A stretch of 32,000 nucleotides of DNA from Acaryochloris marina S15. GTDB lineage: Bacteria; Cyanobacteriota; Cyanobacteriia; Thermosynechococcales; Thermosynechococcaceae. Made by a program: the position numbers and the translations under genes. The notes under the pieces were generated by a model. The model made no database searches. It saw nothing but the letters and a program-made list of their open reading frames with translations, and was not told the origin of the DNA. Numbering within the stretch: the first letter of the stretch is position 1; each line of letters starts with the position of its first letter. The stretch covers positions 240,001-272,000 of the forward strand of contig NZ_CP064925.1 of the NCBI RefSeq assembly GCF_018336915.1, given 5' to 3'. Shown here one piece after another: positions 17,426-27,070 of the stretch.

Positions 17426-18340
17426 ATGCAACCGACCTTCCATCAACTCAAAGTTTTTGAAGCGGCTGCACGTCATGGTAGCCTTACCCGAGCCGCTGAA
17501 GAACTCTGTCTTTCTCAGCCAACGGTCTCAGTTTCAATGAAACAGCTTTCCAAAACGGTTGGCTTTCCTGTATTTGAGAGAATAGGCAAACAGCTATACC
17601 TCACTGAGGTGGGCCATCAGTTATTATCCACCTGCTATTCTATTTTTGAAGAATTAGACCAGTTTGGAATGCTTCTAAACGACTTGCAAGGTACGACCCA
17701 GGGCAAGTTATATCTGGCTGCCGTTACTACTTGCAAATATTTTCTCCCGCGCCTGCTCGGTTCATTCTGCGGCCAATATCCAGGTATTAATATCTCCCTG
17801 AAAATTACCAACCATCTGCAACTCGAAAAACGGATGGCGGAGAGTCTAGATGACCTGTATTTTTTCAGTCATCAACCCTCATATATTGATCTCAAAGTTC
17901 AACCTGTGATGAAGAATCCCCTAGTGGTTGTGGCACAACCATCACATCCCCTTGTGGGTAAGAAAAATATTGCTATCGCTAACCTAAATCAAGAACGATT
18001 TATTATACGGGAACTAGGATCGGGTACTCGGAAAGCGATACAAGATTTGTTCAGTAAACACCAGGTAAACGTTAAAATCAAGCTGGAACTGGGTAACGAC
18101 GAAGCAATCAAACAAGCGATCATAGACGGGTTAGGAATTTCGGTCTTGTCTCACCACTCCCTCGATAGTCAGGATTACACTGATCTAGCCATTTTAGATA
18201 TTGAGAATTTCCCGATTGAGCAGCAATGGTCTGTTGCCTATTTGTCTGAGAAACATTTGTCCGTTGTGGCAAGAACTTTTCTAAACTACTTTTTTTCAAT
18301 CACAGATCAAAATGGTTTAAATCTCAATCACTTCTGCTAG
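17426..18340 (+). CDS. LysR-family transcriptional regulator, CbbR/RbcR/CmpR-like
   Basis: The N-terminal wHTH (FHQLKVFEAAARHGSLTRAAEELCLSQPTVSVSMKQLSKTVGFPVFERIGKQLYLTEVG) closely follows the remembered CbbR/CmpR opening (LHQLKVFEA.ARH.SFTRAAEEL.LTQPTVS.Q.KQL). The 304-aa length is typical of LTTRs. Confidence 0.88.
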   Translation: MQPTFHQLKVFEAAARHGSLTRAAEELCLSQPTVSVSMKQLSKTVGFPVFERIGKQLYLTEVGHQLLSTCYSIFEELDQFGMLLNDLQGTTQGKLYLAAVTTCKYFLPRLLGSFCGQYPGINISLKITNHLQLEKRMAESLDDLYFFSHQPSYIDLKVQPVMKNPLVVVAQPSHPLVGKKNIAIANLNQERFIIRELGSGTRKAIQDLFSKHQVNVKIKLELGNDEAIKQAIIDGLGISVLSHHSLDSQDYTDLAILDIENFPIEQQWSVAYLSEKHLSVVARTFLNYFFSITDQNGLNLNHFC

Positions 18341-18441
18341 ATGATCTCCCAATACTATGGCTTAGCAACCCATAAGAGTATTGTTAATCAACAAACTGGC
18401 AGCATGACTAGGAACAATATTATGACTACCTTGATATGGGT

Positions 18442-18702
18442 TCAATAAATACGAGCTCCCAACAGCAAGGTTTCAAAAAATATACGCGGACTACCTTTCA
18501 AATCTTGAATGGTCAATTCAATCTCTTTAATTCTGCGCTGACGTGGTTGGCAAAATTTATTGAGAGAATAAACTATGGGGGCTGTATGTTCAGAATCTCT
18601 ACGATATTCTAGTTCTGCAGCTTCAGCTTGGTTCCAAATGGCCCATAGAAATTGATGTAAGGAGGATTTGCAGTACCAACCTCTAACCACCAACAAGAAC
18701 AT
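18442..18702 (-). CDS. Doubtful hypothetical ORF (86 aa)
   Basis: Track ORF only. No motif recognised and no obvious RBS checked. Confidence 0.25.
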   Translation of the reverse strand: MFLLVVRGWYCKSSLHQFLWAIWNQAEAAELEYRRDSEHTAPIVYSLNKFCQPRQRRIKEIELTIQDLKGSPRIFFETLLLGARIY

Positions 18703-18764
18703 AAAGTATCAACATTATCAGTAAATTTCACTGAGATTATCCTGTTGGTGTGAATCTACTACGC

Positions 18765-18906
18765 CGATCACTCTGGGAGCATGTCACCTTTGCAGATGCA
18801 CAAAATTTGGAATCAAAAATTTAATGTCTGAAAGCAAAGCTAGCAAAGATTTCTGGGATAAGTATAAATACTAGATTTCAAAGGTGACATGCTCCCGATC
18901 ACTCAG
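18765..18906. mobile_element. MITE-like 120-bp element with 17-18 bp perfect terminal inverted repeats and 11-bp flanking direct repeats
   Basis: TIRs are GGAGCATGTCACCTTTG (18776-18792) and CAAAGGTGACATGCTCC (18879-18895). The immediately flanking repeats are CGATCACTCTG (18765-18775) and CGATCACTCAG (18896-18906), 10/11 identical. Confidence 0.55.
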
Positions 18907-19000
18907 ACTAAAAGTTAAACTTGAGTATTGTGTGAAGGCTGCCCTACTTTTTCTAGGGTACTTTCCAGAGACGTCATTACCTTAGTTCGGTAGCTAAGCC

Positions 19001-19573
19001 TTAAGAGAGATTTTTTTTGGTAGCTCTGGGCGGCTCTGGTTTGAAAAATACTTTCCATTCTTGAATTTCTTGCGAGGTGAGAATTGTCTCAGCATTTTGA
19101 ATTTCTTCCATTATTCCCTCGACAAGAAGAATGTAGTAGCCCTTAGCAACAAAATTGTTGTAAACAGCAGCATCTTTTTCAGGAATTCTCATCCTTACCA
19201 AAGCACCAATAAGTCCGCCTGTAGCAGCTCCGAGAATACTGGTCATCAATGTAGTCGCCGTGACCCCAGCTAGCATAACTGGCCCAAGACCTGGAATTGC
19301 TATCGTTCCAAGTCCTACAAGTAGGCCCGAAATCGCTCCCACTGTCCCCCCAGTCGCAGCTCCTTTCTTAACAGGACTCTTGATCTGCGACTGAATTTCT
19401 ACGGATGGGGGGACATCATCTTCAAGCTCTGAATCTTGAGCAATTACAGATACTTGTTCCATCGGGAATTCATTATCCTTCAACACCTGGAGTGCTTGTT
19501 CTATATCAGAACGGTTGGCCAAGATGCCAATCGCTTGTCGGTATTCTTGTACATCTATGTTTGGACTAATCAT
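19001..19573 (-). CDS. General-stress-protein-like (YflT/DUF1269-type) protein with a central glycine-zipper membrane segment
   Basis: N-terminal YRQAIGILANRSDIEQALQVLKDNEFPMEQVSVIAQ. Central GAATGGTVGAISGLLVGLGTIAIPGLGPVMLAGV...GAATGGLIGAL. C-terminal IPEKDAAVYNNFVAKGYYILLVEG. This matches the stress-protein architecture as I remember it. Confidence 0.6.
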   Translation of the reverse strand: MISPNIDVQEYRQAIGILANRSDIEQALQVLKDNEFPMEQVSVIAQDSELEDDVPPSVEIQSQIKSPVKKGAATGGTVGAISGLLVGLGTIAIPGLGPVMLAGVTATTLMTSILGAATGGLIGALVRMRIPEKDAAVYNNFVAKGYYILLVEGIMEEIQNAETILTSQEIQEWKVFFKPEPPRATKKNLS

Positions 19574-19923
19574 TAGTTCATTCCACCTGAATTAATATCT
19601 TTGGCTTGCATATCACTTTCTACTGTGCGAGCTATAGGAAGTTTCAGATCTGAGTAATGATGTCAAAAATTTATCTGATGCTATTCCTGGAAACGCCTAT
19701 TCTAAGACTGCAATGTCGGTCAGTCTTGGTATCTATTTAGTAGGCCACTTCAAAAAAATTTCTCGTATCGAGTAATCGTTTAATGAAATTTTGTCTGGAA
19801 TATATTCCCAGATTAGATCGAATATCATTGGGTTTCAGAATGTATTAATTGAGAATGCCATCAAATTATTGAACCCCTTATTAGCAAAGCTTTATTCTCA
19901 TCACAGAAGCCCAATAAATGACC

Positions 19924-20133
19924 TCAAGCTCGCAAAGGGTAGAAATGAATTAACCCCCAAAAACTAAGTCCCAGCAACAGTTGCACGGAAGGAGGAGCTA
20001 TCACAAAACTACAGAAACTACTTAAAAGTCCTGCACTGGTCGCAGCAACAGCATGTACTTCCTCAATTTGTCTTAATTTAATACCTAGGATGATGCAGAT
20101 AACTGCCACAACGAAGAAGAAACCACTAAACAT
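19924..20133 (-). CDS. Possible small two-helix membrane protein (69 aa)
   Basis: Track ORF with two hydrophobic stretches (FFFVVAVICIILGI, FVIAPPSVQLLLGLSFWGLI). No family recognised. Confidence 0.35.
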   Translation of the reverse strand: MFSGFFFVVAVICIILGIKLRQIEEVHAVAATSAGLLSSFCSFVIAPPSVQLLLGLSFWGLIHFYPLRA

Positions 20134-20660
20134 TGAATTCTTTAATAAATGAGCATTATGTAAAGAGTCAGTAGATTACATTTAGTCTATTTACTAAACT
20201 AAATGAATAACTTAGCAAGTATTGCAATAAGCCTATCATTAATGCTTTAAGTATTTTTGCTTATTTTATTTGTATTGGTGATGGCAATGGTTATACCTAC
20301 TTATCGCAAAGTAGCCCTCTTCCCCCTACGCCTTCAGGCCGGGGAGTAATCAACTAGTCTGACTCACGGTTTACTAGACCTCTTGCATAATTCAGCTACC
20401 GATATGGTAGATGACTAAAAATTCATGTCAGATTGCGGCATAAATTGAGTGATTAACACATCATGAAACAAATATTGCAAGAGGTCTAATTTGCGTTCGT
20501 GTAATTTTATTCGTTTGGCTTGAGCACTAAGGTATATTCTCAATTAGGTGTTGGCATCTGAGGATTGTGAAACCGCAAGATTTCAATAATGAAGCGCTCA
20601 CCCATACAACATCTGGCGAGTGGTAACCGTAGACTTCAACCTTTACAGCTGTAATAAATA

Positions 20661-20935
20661 ATGACCCGCATATTAGCTTTACTCCCTGGTGATGTTGGCC
20701 GTCAACTGTTGTTTTTCCCGACTTTAGAAACACTTCAACATCAATATTCTCAGGTAGAGATAGATGTAATTGTTGAACCCCGAGCTAAGCAAGCCTATCG
20801 ACTTTGCCGCAATGTTGAAAATGTATTGACCTTCCAATTTGAAAACCGTAATGGAGCAGCAGATTGGGGAAACTTAATTGGAAAAATGCGAGATCGACGT
20901 TATGACGCGGGCATAACCCTCAGTCGAGATTGGAC
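20661..20935 (+). pseudogene. Glycosyltransferase family 9 (heptosyltransferase-like), 5' fragment, interrupted by the IS
   Basis: MTRILALLPGDVGRQLLFFPTLETLQHQYSQVEIDVIVEPRAKQAY...RRYDAGITLSRDW has the GT9 N-terminal pattern. Reading then runs into the IS terminal repeat at 20936. Confidence 0.8.
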
Positions 20936-22421
20936 GGGCGTAAGCAAAGGATCGGGGATGCATGGCTCAAAGAAAAACGGGTCAAGGACAATAGATCCTG
21001 TACCCGAACCAAAAAACTATCATGCCCCTACCATCGCAATTGCTAACCGTGCTAGCCCATGACGAATTTCTAGAACAAACTGAAGCACTCAAAGTATCAA
21101 CCAGCCTGAGTCAGATGGTTTATATCGTTCTGCAAATGGGCTTGTTTCTAGCTCGCTGTCTTCTGGAGGATGAACTCTCAAGGCGCGCGAAAGCAGTATT
21201 TGTATGGCCTGTATGTACTACCTGCGGAACCCGCTTACATTCGAAGGGATGGGAATCTCGTCAGATGCAGACACTGGTAGGCACTATCTCTTGAAAGCGA
21301 CGGGTGGGCCGTTGTCCCAAAGGATGTCCAGGCAGTCTGTTGACTCCCCTGGATCAAGCCATTGGGATTACCCCCTATCAGCACAGCAGCGAAGAACTGG
21401 TGCGTCTGGGCTGCTTGTTGAGTCTGTTCATGCCCTATGAACTGGCCAGTTGGATGCTGGGTCAGTGGAGTGGTCTATCCGTGAGTCCATCCAGTTTGTG
21501 GAACTGGGTGCAATCCGTGGGTAACAAAGCTCAGCAGGAATTAGAAGCTCAACTCAACGCTCAATCATCAGGGACTCAGGCCCCTTGTGAAGCGATTTCA
21601 GAGATGTTATCTGCTCTACCTTTGGCCATTGCCGCCGATGGTGTGATGGTCCCCTTTCGCCCCACCCCGAACTCACCCAAGGGAAAAATCCAGTGGCGAG
21701 AAGTCAAAGTCGCCATCTTAGCTCGCCTGGGAACACGGGTTACCCGAGCTAAAAAGGAGGTCCCCCAATTACTGCGTCGAAGACTGGTGGCAGTATTGGG
21801 CGATATCGACCAGTTCATCCCTTTACTTCAACTCGAAGCTCACAAACAAGACTTTGAATCTGCTCCAAAAGTCATCTGGCTCAGTGATGGGGGACGAGGC
21901 TTCTGGCGAGTCTATCGCACCTTGTTCTCTCATTGTGCTGTGGCAGTCCTCGACTTTTTTCATTCAGCAGGCCATCTGGCACGAGCAACTAAAGCGATGT
22001 TTGGAGATGCCCGCTCTGCTCAAGCCCAAGCCTGGTTCCGGCACTGGCGACACCAATTGCGACACGGGCAACACCTACTTGTATTACGGTCCTTGACGAT
22101 ATTGATTCACTCACAACTGTTAACGGGAAAGTCTTTTTCAACGTTGCTCCAGGTGCAGGCTTATTTCCAACGCCATCATCACCACATCCGTTATCGGCAC
22201 TTTGAACAGCAACAGATTCCTCTCGGGTCAGGAATGGTTGAAAGTGCATGCAAGTGGTTGATTCAGCAGCGCTTTAAGGGAGTTGGCATGCGCTGGAGTG
22301 AGGATGGTTTCAACCATTTACTGATCTTGAGAATTGCCTGGGTCAATGAACGGTTTGACTCCTTATTCCCAGAGGTGACCATTCCGAAAACTAAGGCATC
22401 CCCGATCCGCTAAATACGCCC
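20936..22421 (+). mobile_element. ISKra4-family insertion sequence (1486 bp) with a 9-bp target-site duplication
   Basis: Imperfect 22-bp terminal IRs: GGGCGTAAGCAAAGGATCGGGG (20936-20957) and the complement of CCCCGATCCGCTAAATACGCCC (22400-22421). AGATTGGAC is duplicated at 20927-20935 and 22422-22430. Confidence 0.85.
21022..22413 (+). pseudogene. ISKra4-family DDE transposase with one in-frame TGA (21292-21294)
   Basis: Track ORFs 21022-21294 and 21304-22413 share a frame and are separated only by the TGA in ...TLVGTIS*KRRVGRCPKGC. The C-terminal IPLGSGMVESACKWLIQQRFKGVGMRWSEDGFNHLLILRIAWVNERF is the remembered ISKra4-type signature. Confidence 0.8.
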
Positions 22422-23232
22422 AGATTGGACAGCAGGATTGCTCTGTTGGCTGGCTGGCATTCCTAAACGAGTCGGATATGAGAATTCGAATCTTCCTCCT
22501 TGGGTTCGCTTTGGTCGCCAACGTTTACCGACAGTTGGTGGAGCACTTGCTGACTTAGCTGGTGTGTTTCTCTCTTCTAAAGTGACTCCCAATGCTCGTC
22601 CCTATGATGCCCAACGGTATCATGATCTGTTGCTGGGATTGAGCATTGATCAGCCTTGTCCTGACATTGCTATTCATATCCCTCAAGCAGATATTCAATG
22701 GGCTAAAATAGAGCGGAAACGGCTTGGCATTGCGGATCAGCCCTATATTCTTTTACATGGTGGCACAGGGGCCGAAAATTCTGACGATGAGCCCTCTCAA
22801 TTCTACCCAATTAAAAGTTGGGAGTCAGTGATTGAAGGGTATTTAGAGCGGCAACCAAATACACCATTCATGATCGTGCAAAGTCCTGATAACAAAGATT
22901 GGGTCACCTCTTTACTCGCGGTCTGTCCGCAACTGAACATCGTCACCCCTCAACATGTTGGCCAACTTGCGGCGTTGATTGATGCTGGACATTTGATGAT
23001 TTGTGCGGATCGAGCACCACTACATTTGGGCGTTGCTGTAAAAACCAAGCTTGTAGCTTTGTTTGGATCCTTAGAGCCGAGTAGACACCTACCACCAATG
23101 CATTATTTTGCAGGTTTAAAATCTCTGACCAGTAAAGTAGCTGATATCCCACCTATTCAAATATTGGAAAAGGTATGGAAAGTTGAAAGCACTGGTTCGA
23201 GCGCAGACATCAAGTTGATAACATTAAAGTAA
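22422..23232 (+). pseudogene. Glycosyltransferase family 9, 3' fragment
   Basis: Deleting the IS and one TSD copy joins ...ITLSRDWT to AGLLCWLAGIPKRVGYENS... in frame, giving 358 aa in total. The downstream part (YILLHGGTG...VGQLAALIDAGHLMICADRAPLHLGVAVKTKLVALFG) is typical of the GT9 C-domain. Confidence 0.8.
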
Positions 23233-23345
23233 GCTGAATAGCTGATGTTGTCGTTCAATCATTCATTGCTAGTGTTACTCAGTTTTTGGCGAACCCATTG
23301 TGTCTTATTCCCATCCCACTCCATAATTGAGGAGCCCTTTGGTCC

Positions 23346-23369
23346 CAATCTCCACAAATGTGGAGATTG
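23346..23369. terminator. Strong hairpin (10-bp stem CAATCTCCAC / GTGGAGATTG, 4-nt loop) between the convergent GT9 and mrpB genes
   Basis: Read directly. There is no clear U-tract on either strand, so the terminator role is tentative. Confidence 0.3.
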
Positions 23370-23523
23370 CCGACTACGCAATCTACTACCGGGAAGGGAG
23401 TATTGCTAGACAATAAGATCATAAATAATCAACCCTTTCAGAGACTCCACTGATCAGAGTGACTAACGTGGGCTTATAAAGAAGCATTGGCAATGCTTAA
23501 CATCTGCCAATTTTTCGAGTCTT

Positions 23524-24186
23524 TTACAATAACCCACGGTATCGAATAAATACCAAGATGACAGCCCAAGAGCCAAGGGCAACCTTAATCGCCACCAACA
23601 CATTAAGAAGAGGAATCACGCCTCCACTCACCAAAGCACCGAGTTCACCATGGGGCAATTCAGAACCAGCCAATGTTATGGCTGCCAATACAAGAAATAC
23701 TAGAACTGAGATTTTCTCCCATATGGCTGCCCGCCAGCGCTGATAAATACCCTGCATCCATTTGGATGAAGAGGTAATGGCAATTAGGCCAATCGCTGTA
23801 CCGCCTGCCACACCTGCCGCAAACCCACCGCCCGGACTCAAATGGCCGCGAATCGCTAACTCGATGCTCACCAACGAGGCAATGGTTGCCCCTAGTCTGG
23901 CTAGGACAATAGAAGGTTTGTCCGTAAATCGATGTACCTTTTTTGAGGGCTGCTCATCCGAGAGTAGAAACCGGACACCCATAATTGCGATGGTAAACAC
24001 CACCACCTCGAAAATGGTGTCGTAGAGACGATTCCTGAAAATAATGCCCGCTAAAGCATTGGGGACACCGCTATCCTTAACAACAGCCTCCACAATCGAC
24101 AATTCAGCAACATCCAATTCTGGATTGGGCATGACCAAAATTTTGACATACAGGGCAAGGCCCGCAATGATATAAAGCCACTTCAT
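23524..24186 (-). CDS. mrpB: Na+/H+ antiporter Mrp subunit B (MnhB domain)
   Basis: NALAGIIFRNRLYDTIFEVVVFTIAIMGV matches the MnhB core. The protein is polytopic. Its start overlaps the upstream stop by 4 nt. Confidence 0.8.
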   Translation of the reverse strand: MKWLYIIAGLALYVKILVMPNPELDVAELSIVEAVVKDSGVPNALAGIIFRNRLYDTIFEVVVFTIAIMGVRFLLSDEQPSKKVHRFTDKPSIVLARLGATIASLVSIELAIRGHLSPGGGFAAGVAGGTAIGLIAITSSSKWMQGIYQRWRAAIWEKISVLVFLVLAAITLAGSELPHGELGALVSGGVIPLLNVLVAIKVALGSWAVILVFIRYRGLL

Positions 24187-24734
24187 ACCTTTGCCTCCGC
24201 TAAATCAGCCACCGCCACATAGGTGAGGGTTGTTTCCGGTGACGTTAATTCTGCCTGCATGATTTCATATAGTCGGGGGATACGGATCAGAGCCTGATCC
24301 TGCACTGTTTCTGCGGCATGGTGCTGGGGTAGGTAAATCGCATGCACTTCTTTTTCATTCAGAGCTTGATGGAGATCTTGGTCATTGGGATAATCAACCA
24401 GTTCTAAGCGCATATAGTGCTTAGAAAATATGGCCCGACAGCCTTCGACCCAAGCTTGAAACCCCTGAGGTTCTGCTGCCTGGAGCACACCCAAGCGCAC
24501 CACCAGGGAGGATCGGACCGCTACTGCATAGAGGGTAATCGCCAGCATAGTGCCCACCAGTGCTTCAGTTAAGGCCACGTCTGCCGCTCCCAAAACGGCA
24601 TAGACAAGGGCCGCCACTGCCCCCAAAATTCCGCGAATAATTAGGGCATGGTAAGGATTGACCTGAAACACCACCATCGCTGCGGTTAAGGGCAGCAGGG
24701 CAGTAATGATATACACATAGCTATCAGTCATCAC
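24183..24734 (-). CDS. mrpA: Short MrpA-like subunit (DUF4040 / MbhD-like only, 183 aa)
   Basis: FQVNPYHALIIRGILGAVAALVYAVLGAADVALTEALVGTMLAITLYAVAV is a DUF4040-type pattern. The gene sits between mrpG and mrpB and has 4-nt overlaps at both ends. Confidence 0.7.
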   Translation of the reverse strand: MMTDSYVYIITALLPLTAAMVVFQVNPYHALIIRGILGAVAALVYAVLGAADVALTEALVGTMLAITLYAVAVRSSLVVRLGVLQAAEPQGFQAWVEGCRAIFSKHYMRLELVDYPNDQDLHQALNEKEVHAIYLPQHHAAETVQDQALIRIPRLYEIMQAELTSPETTLTYVAVADLAEAKV

Positions 24735-25012
24735 GTCCCCGTTTCCTTAGTATCACTAGAACAATAGGCCAACACATATCCCAGCACGGTATTCCAGATC
24801 GCTAGGGAGAGAATGGCCAGAACCAGCAGGGGCCATTCCCGTGGAATTTTCAGAAGCAAACCAACAACAATTAACATCGACCCCAAAGTATCGGCCACAG
24901 AGAGGCTATGAAGTTTGTAGAGCACCGAGCGGTGACCAACTAAGGGCCAAGTCCCCCAAAACCAAAAGAAAATCCCAATGCCCATCAAGACATAACTAAT
25001 CGCGTTAATCAT
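24731..25012 (-). CDS. mrpG: Mrp subunit G
   Basis: 93 aa with 3 TM segments. LHSLSVADTLGS resembles the MnhG motif (HA..KA.TLG). Operon position supports the call. Confidence 0.65.
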   Translation of the reverse strand: MINAISYVLMGIGIFFWFWGTWPLVGHRSVLYKLHSLSVADTLGSMLIVVGLLLKIPREWPLLVLAILSLAIWNTVLGYVLAYCSSDTKETGT

Positions 25013-25260
25013 CAGTCACTGATCCGTTTAATAATCTGGGCCAAAAGCATTAAGGCCGCATTGCCAACACTGAGGATTAGCACCCCCACGACGCCAATCA
25101 TCCAGTCATCCCGTAGGACAGAAATCACCAAAATCATGATCGATGTTTTGCTGGCGATACTGGCAAAGGCCAGCATTTTCTGCCACACATCCTCATCCTG
25201 GCAAGCTTCATAAATAGGAATCGCCAGGGCCAAAATCATGGAAATTAGGATGATATTCAT
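25012..25260 (-). CDS. mrpF: Mrp subunit F
   Basis: 82 aa with 3 TM segments. The call rests mainly on size and position between E and G. The stop/start overlap with mrpG is TGATG. Confidence 0.6.
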   Translation of the reverse strand: MNIILISMILALAIPIYEACQDEDVWQKMLAFASIASKTSIMILVISVLRDDWMIGVVGVLILSVGNAALMLLAQIIKRISD

Positions 25261-25643
25261 GACTTTTTCCTCCGTTCGATACGGTGGACTTCGTACAACC
25301 CTTCCTCGTGGTACTTCAGCACAATGGTTTTGGGGGTAAAGGTAATCACAAAAATATCGAGAAAAATCAAGCCAGGAGTGCGCTGCGGTTTGACATGTTC
25401 CATCGTGATCGCTTCATAGCGGTGAGGACGGACCATAATTTCAATCGCCTCAAAAAAGGCCTGGGGAATGGCAATGATAATTTCTCCGATCGCGTGTAGC
25501 CAATCTTTTAAGGCACCTGGGTTGGCACGGCGCGGCAGGATTAAAGCTACACAAACGCCAATGATGATATTGGCAATGCCAAAGTCGGCAGTCAGCAAAA
25601 ACCAGATGGCTAAGCGCAGCAGAATATTCAAATATCCAGTCAT
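25257..25643 (-). CDS. mrpE: Mrp subunit E
   Basis: MTGYLNILLRLAIWFLLTADFGIANIIIGVCVALIL... is MnhE-like. The ATG at 25643 overlaps the mrpD stop as ATGA. The track's longer ORF (to 26084) overlaps mrpD in another frame and is rejected. Confidence 0.75.
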   Translation of the reverse strand: MTGYLNILLRLAIWFLLTADFGIANIIIGVCVALILPRRANPGALKDWLHAIGEIIIAIPQAFFEAIEIMVRPHRYEAITMEHVKPQRTPGLIFLDIFVITFTPKTIVLKYHEEGLYEVHRIERRKKS

Positions 25644-27070
25644 GCCAACACCATCCAGAACAGTAGAACCAACATTAAGCTCATACCCCCAATTAAATGT
25701 TCGAGTTGCTCTTGGACCCGAGGCAATTTCAGCACCACGCGGCGGATGACCAGCCAATAGACCGACCAGCCCAACCCTACCTTGGCCAAGGCTTTGCCGA
25801 TATTGGCAACGGTATAGGCCTGGTAATAAATACCATTGGCCGCTAGCAAGACCCCTAAAAGTAAGAGAACAGCCACCCAAAACCCAGTTCGAACTGGCTT
25901 CGCTTCGCTCTGATGAGGTAAAAAGATAAATTTGGCAAAGGTAGCAATGGTACCCACTGTGGCGATATTGAGGGCAATCATTTGCCAGGGCAATACACTT
26001 TTCAGCGTTAACGCTTTGGACGCAAACCCAGACCATAGAGGAATACCGGAGATGGAGCAACTGGCCATCACCAATACCAGCCATAAAGACCGCGGTATAG
26101 GCTGCTTATGCAGCTCCTGAAAATCTCGGCTAGGCAATGTCCCAGCGGTTAAAAACAGGGTGGCTTTGACTAGACCATGGGTCAAGGCATAGAATCCACC
26201 GACGGCAGGGGCAGCCAAGATAAACCCAAGCTGTGAAATGGTACTCTGGGCCAAGAGCCGTTTCGTATCTTGCTCGAAGAGGGCCAGACTAATGCCCAAA
26301 AAGGCTGTACCCACCCCAAATAGGGTGATGATGGGAGCGACTTCCTCCACCATTAAGGCCATGCGAGCCAGGGGGAAAACTCCCGTTTTGACAACAACGC
26401 CTGAGAGTAAGGCCGACACCGGAGTCTCGGACTCAGAGTGGGTTAAGGGTAGCCATAAACCAGAGACAAAGACGCCTCCTTTGGTCAGCAGTCCCATAAA
26501 AATCAAGGCGAGGGCTTCTGGCGGTGCTCCTTTTAAGCCGGTATAGGCAAAGGAGTGGTTGGCCTGATACACCAACACAGCGCCCACCAAATAAAACAGC
26601 ATGGCCGTGTTGCTGATAAATAAGTAGCGCAAGGCCACCCAAATCGTCCGATTCGTACGCGGGTAAGACACCAGCAAGAAAGCGGCAATCCCAATGACCT
26701 CTAAGGCCACATATAAGCTAATGAAGTCAGCACAGATAAAGACAGCATTGACGCTGCCATGCAAAATGATGGTTTGGGTATAGAAAAAAGCGGATTTTCC
26801 CGTACCCCAGCAATAACAAATGACGGCAGCTGTCACCAAGGCATTGGTCAAGATAAAGTAGCCACTGAGACTATCAATCCTGAGGGTGACCCCAAAGCTG
26901 TCCATCAGCTGCAGCGTTAATGGGGCTGGCTCCATAAAAACCCGGGCAGCATAACTGGCAGACACCAAGGTCATAGCCAATGCTAAGTATCGATCCAGTT
27001 TAGGGATCAGATATCCTACAAACCCGACAAAAAACGGCAGGGCAATCCAAACGATCGTAAGGGTATTCAT
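25640..27070 (-). CDS. mrpD: Mrp subunit D (NuoM/N-type antiporter-like subunit, 476 aa)
   Basis: A polytopic protein with proton-conducting membrane-transporter patterns (...LLTKGGVFVSGLWLPLTHSESETPVSALLSGVVVKTGVF...). It follows mrpC with a 4-nt overlap. Confidence 0.88.
   Translation of the reverse strand: MNTLTIVWIALPFFVGFVGYLIPKLDRYLALAMTLVSASYAARVFMEPAPLTLQLMDSFGVTLRIDSLSGYFILTNALVTAAVICYCWGTGKSAFFYTQTIILHGSVNAVFICADFISLYVALEVIGIAAFLLVSYPRTNRTIWVALRYLFISNTAMLFYLVGAVLVYQANHSFAYTGLKGAPPEALALIFMGLLTKGGVFVSGLWLPLTHSESETPVSALLSGVVVKTGVFPLARMALMVEEVAPIITLFGVGTAFLGISLALFEQDTKRLLAQSTISQLGFILAAPAVGGFYALTHGLVKATLFLTAGTLPSRDFQELHKQPIPRSLWLVLVMASCSISGIPLWSGFASKALTLKSVLPWQMIALNIATVGTIATFAKFIFLPHQSEAKPVRTGFWVAVLLLLGVLLAANGIYYQAYTVANIGKALAKVGLGWSVYWLVIRRVVLKLPRVQEQLEHLIGGMSLMLVLLFWMVLA

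Noticed and set aside
21204-22592. Track ORFs 21204-21440, 21576-21818, 21854-22096, 21989-22249 and 22410-22592
   Set aside because: These are alternative-frame or antisense ORFs inside the ISKra4 transposase and the GT9 3' fragment.
25644-26084. N-terminal 147 aa of the 275-aa track ORF 25257-26084
   Set aside because: This part overlaps the 3' end of mrpD in another frame and has no MnhE-like sequence. The MnhE-like part starts at the ATG at 25643, which overlaps the mrpD stop as ATGA.
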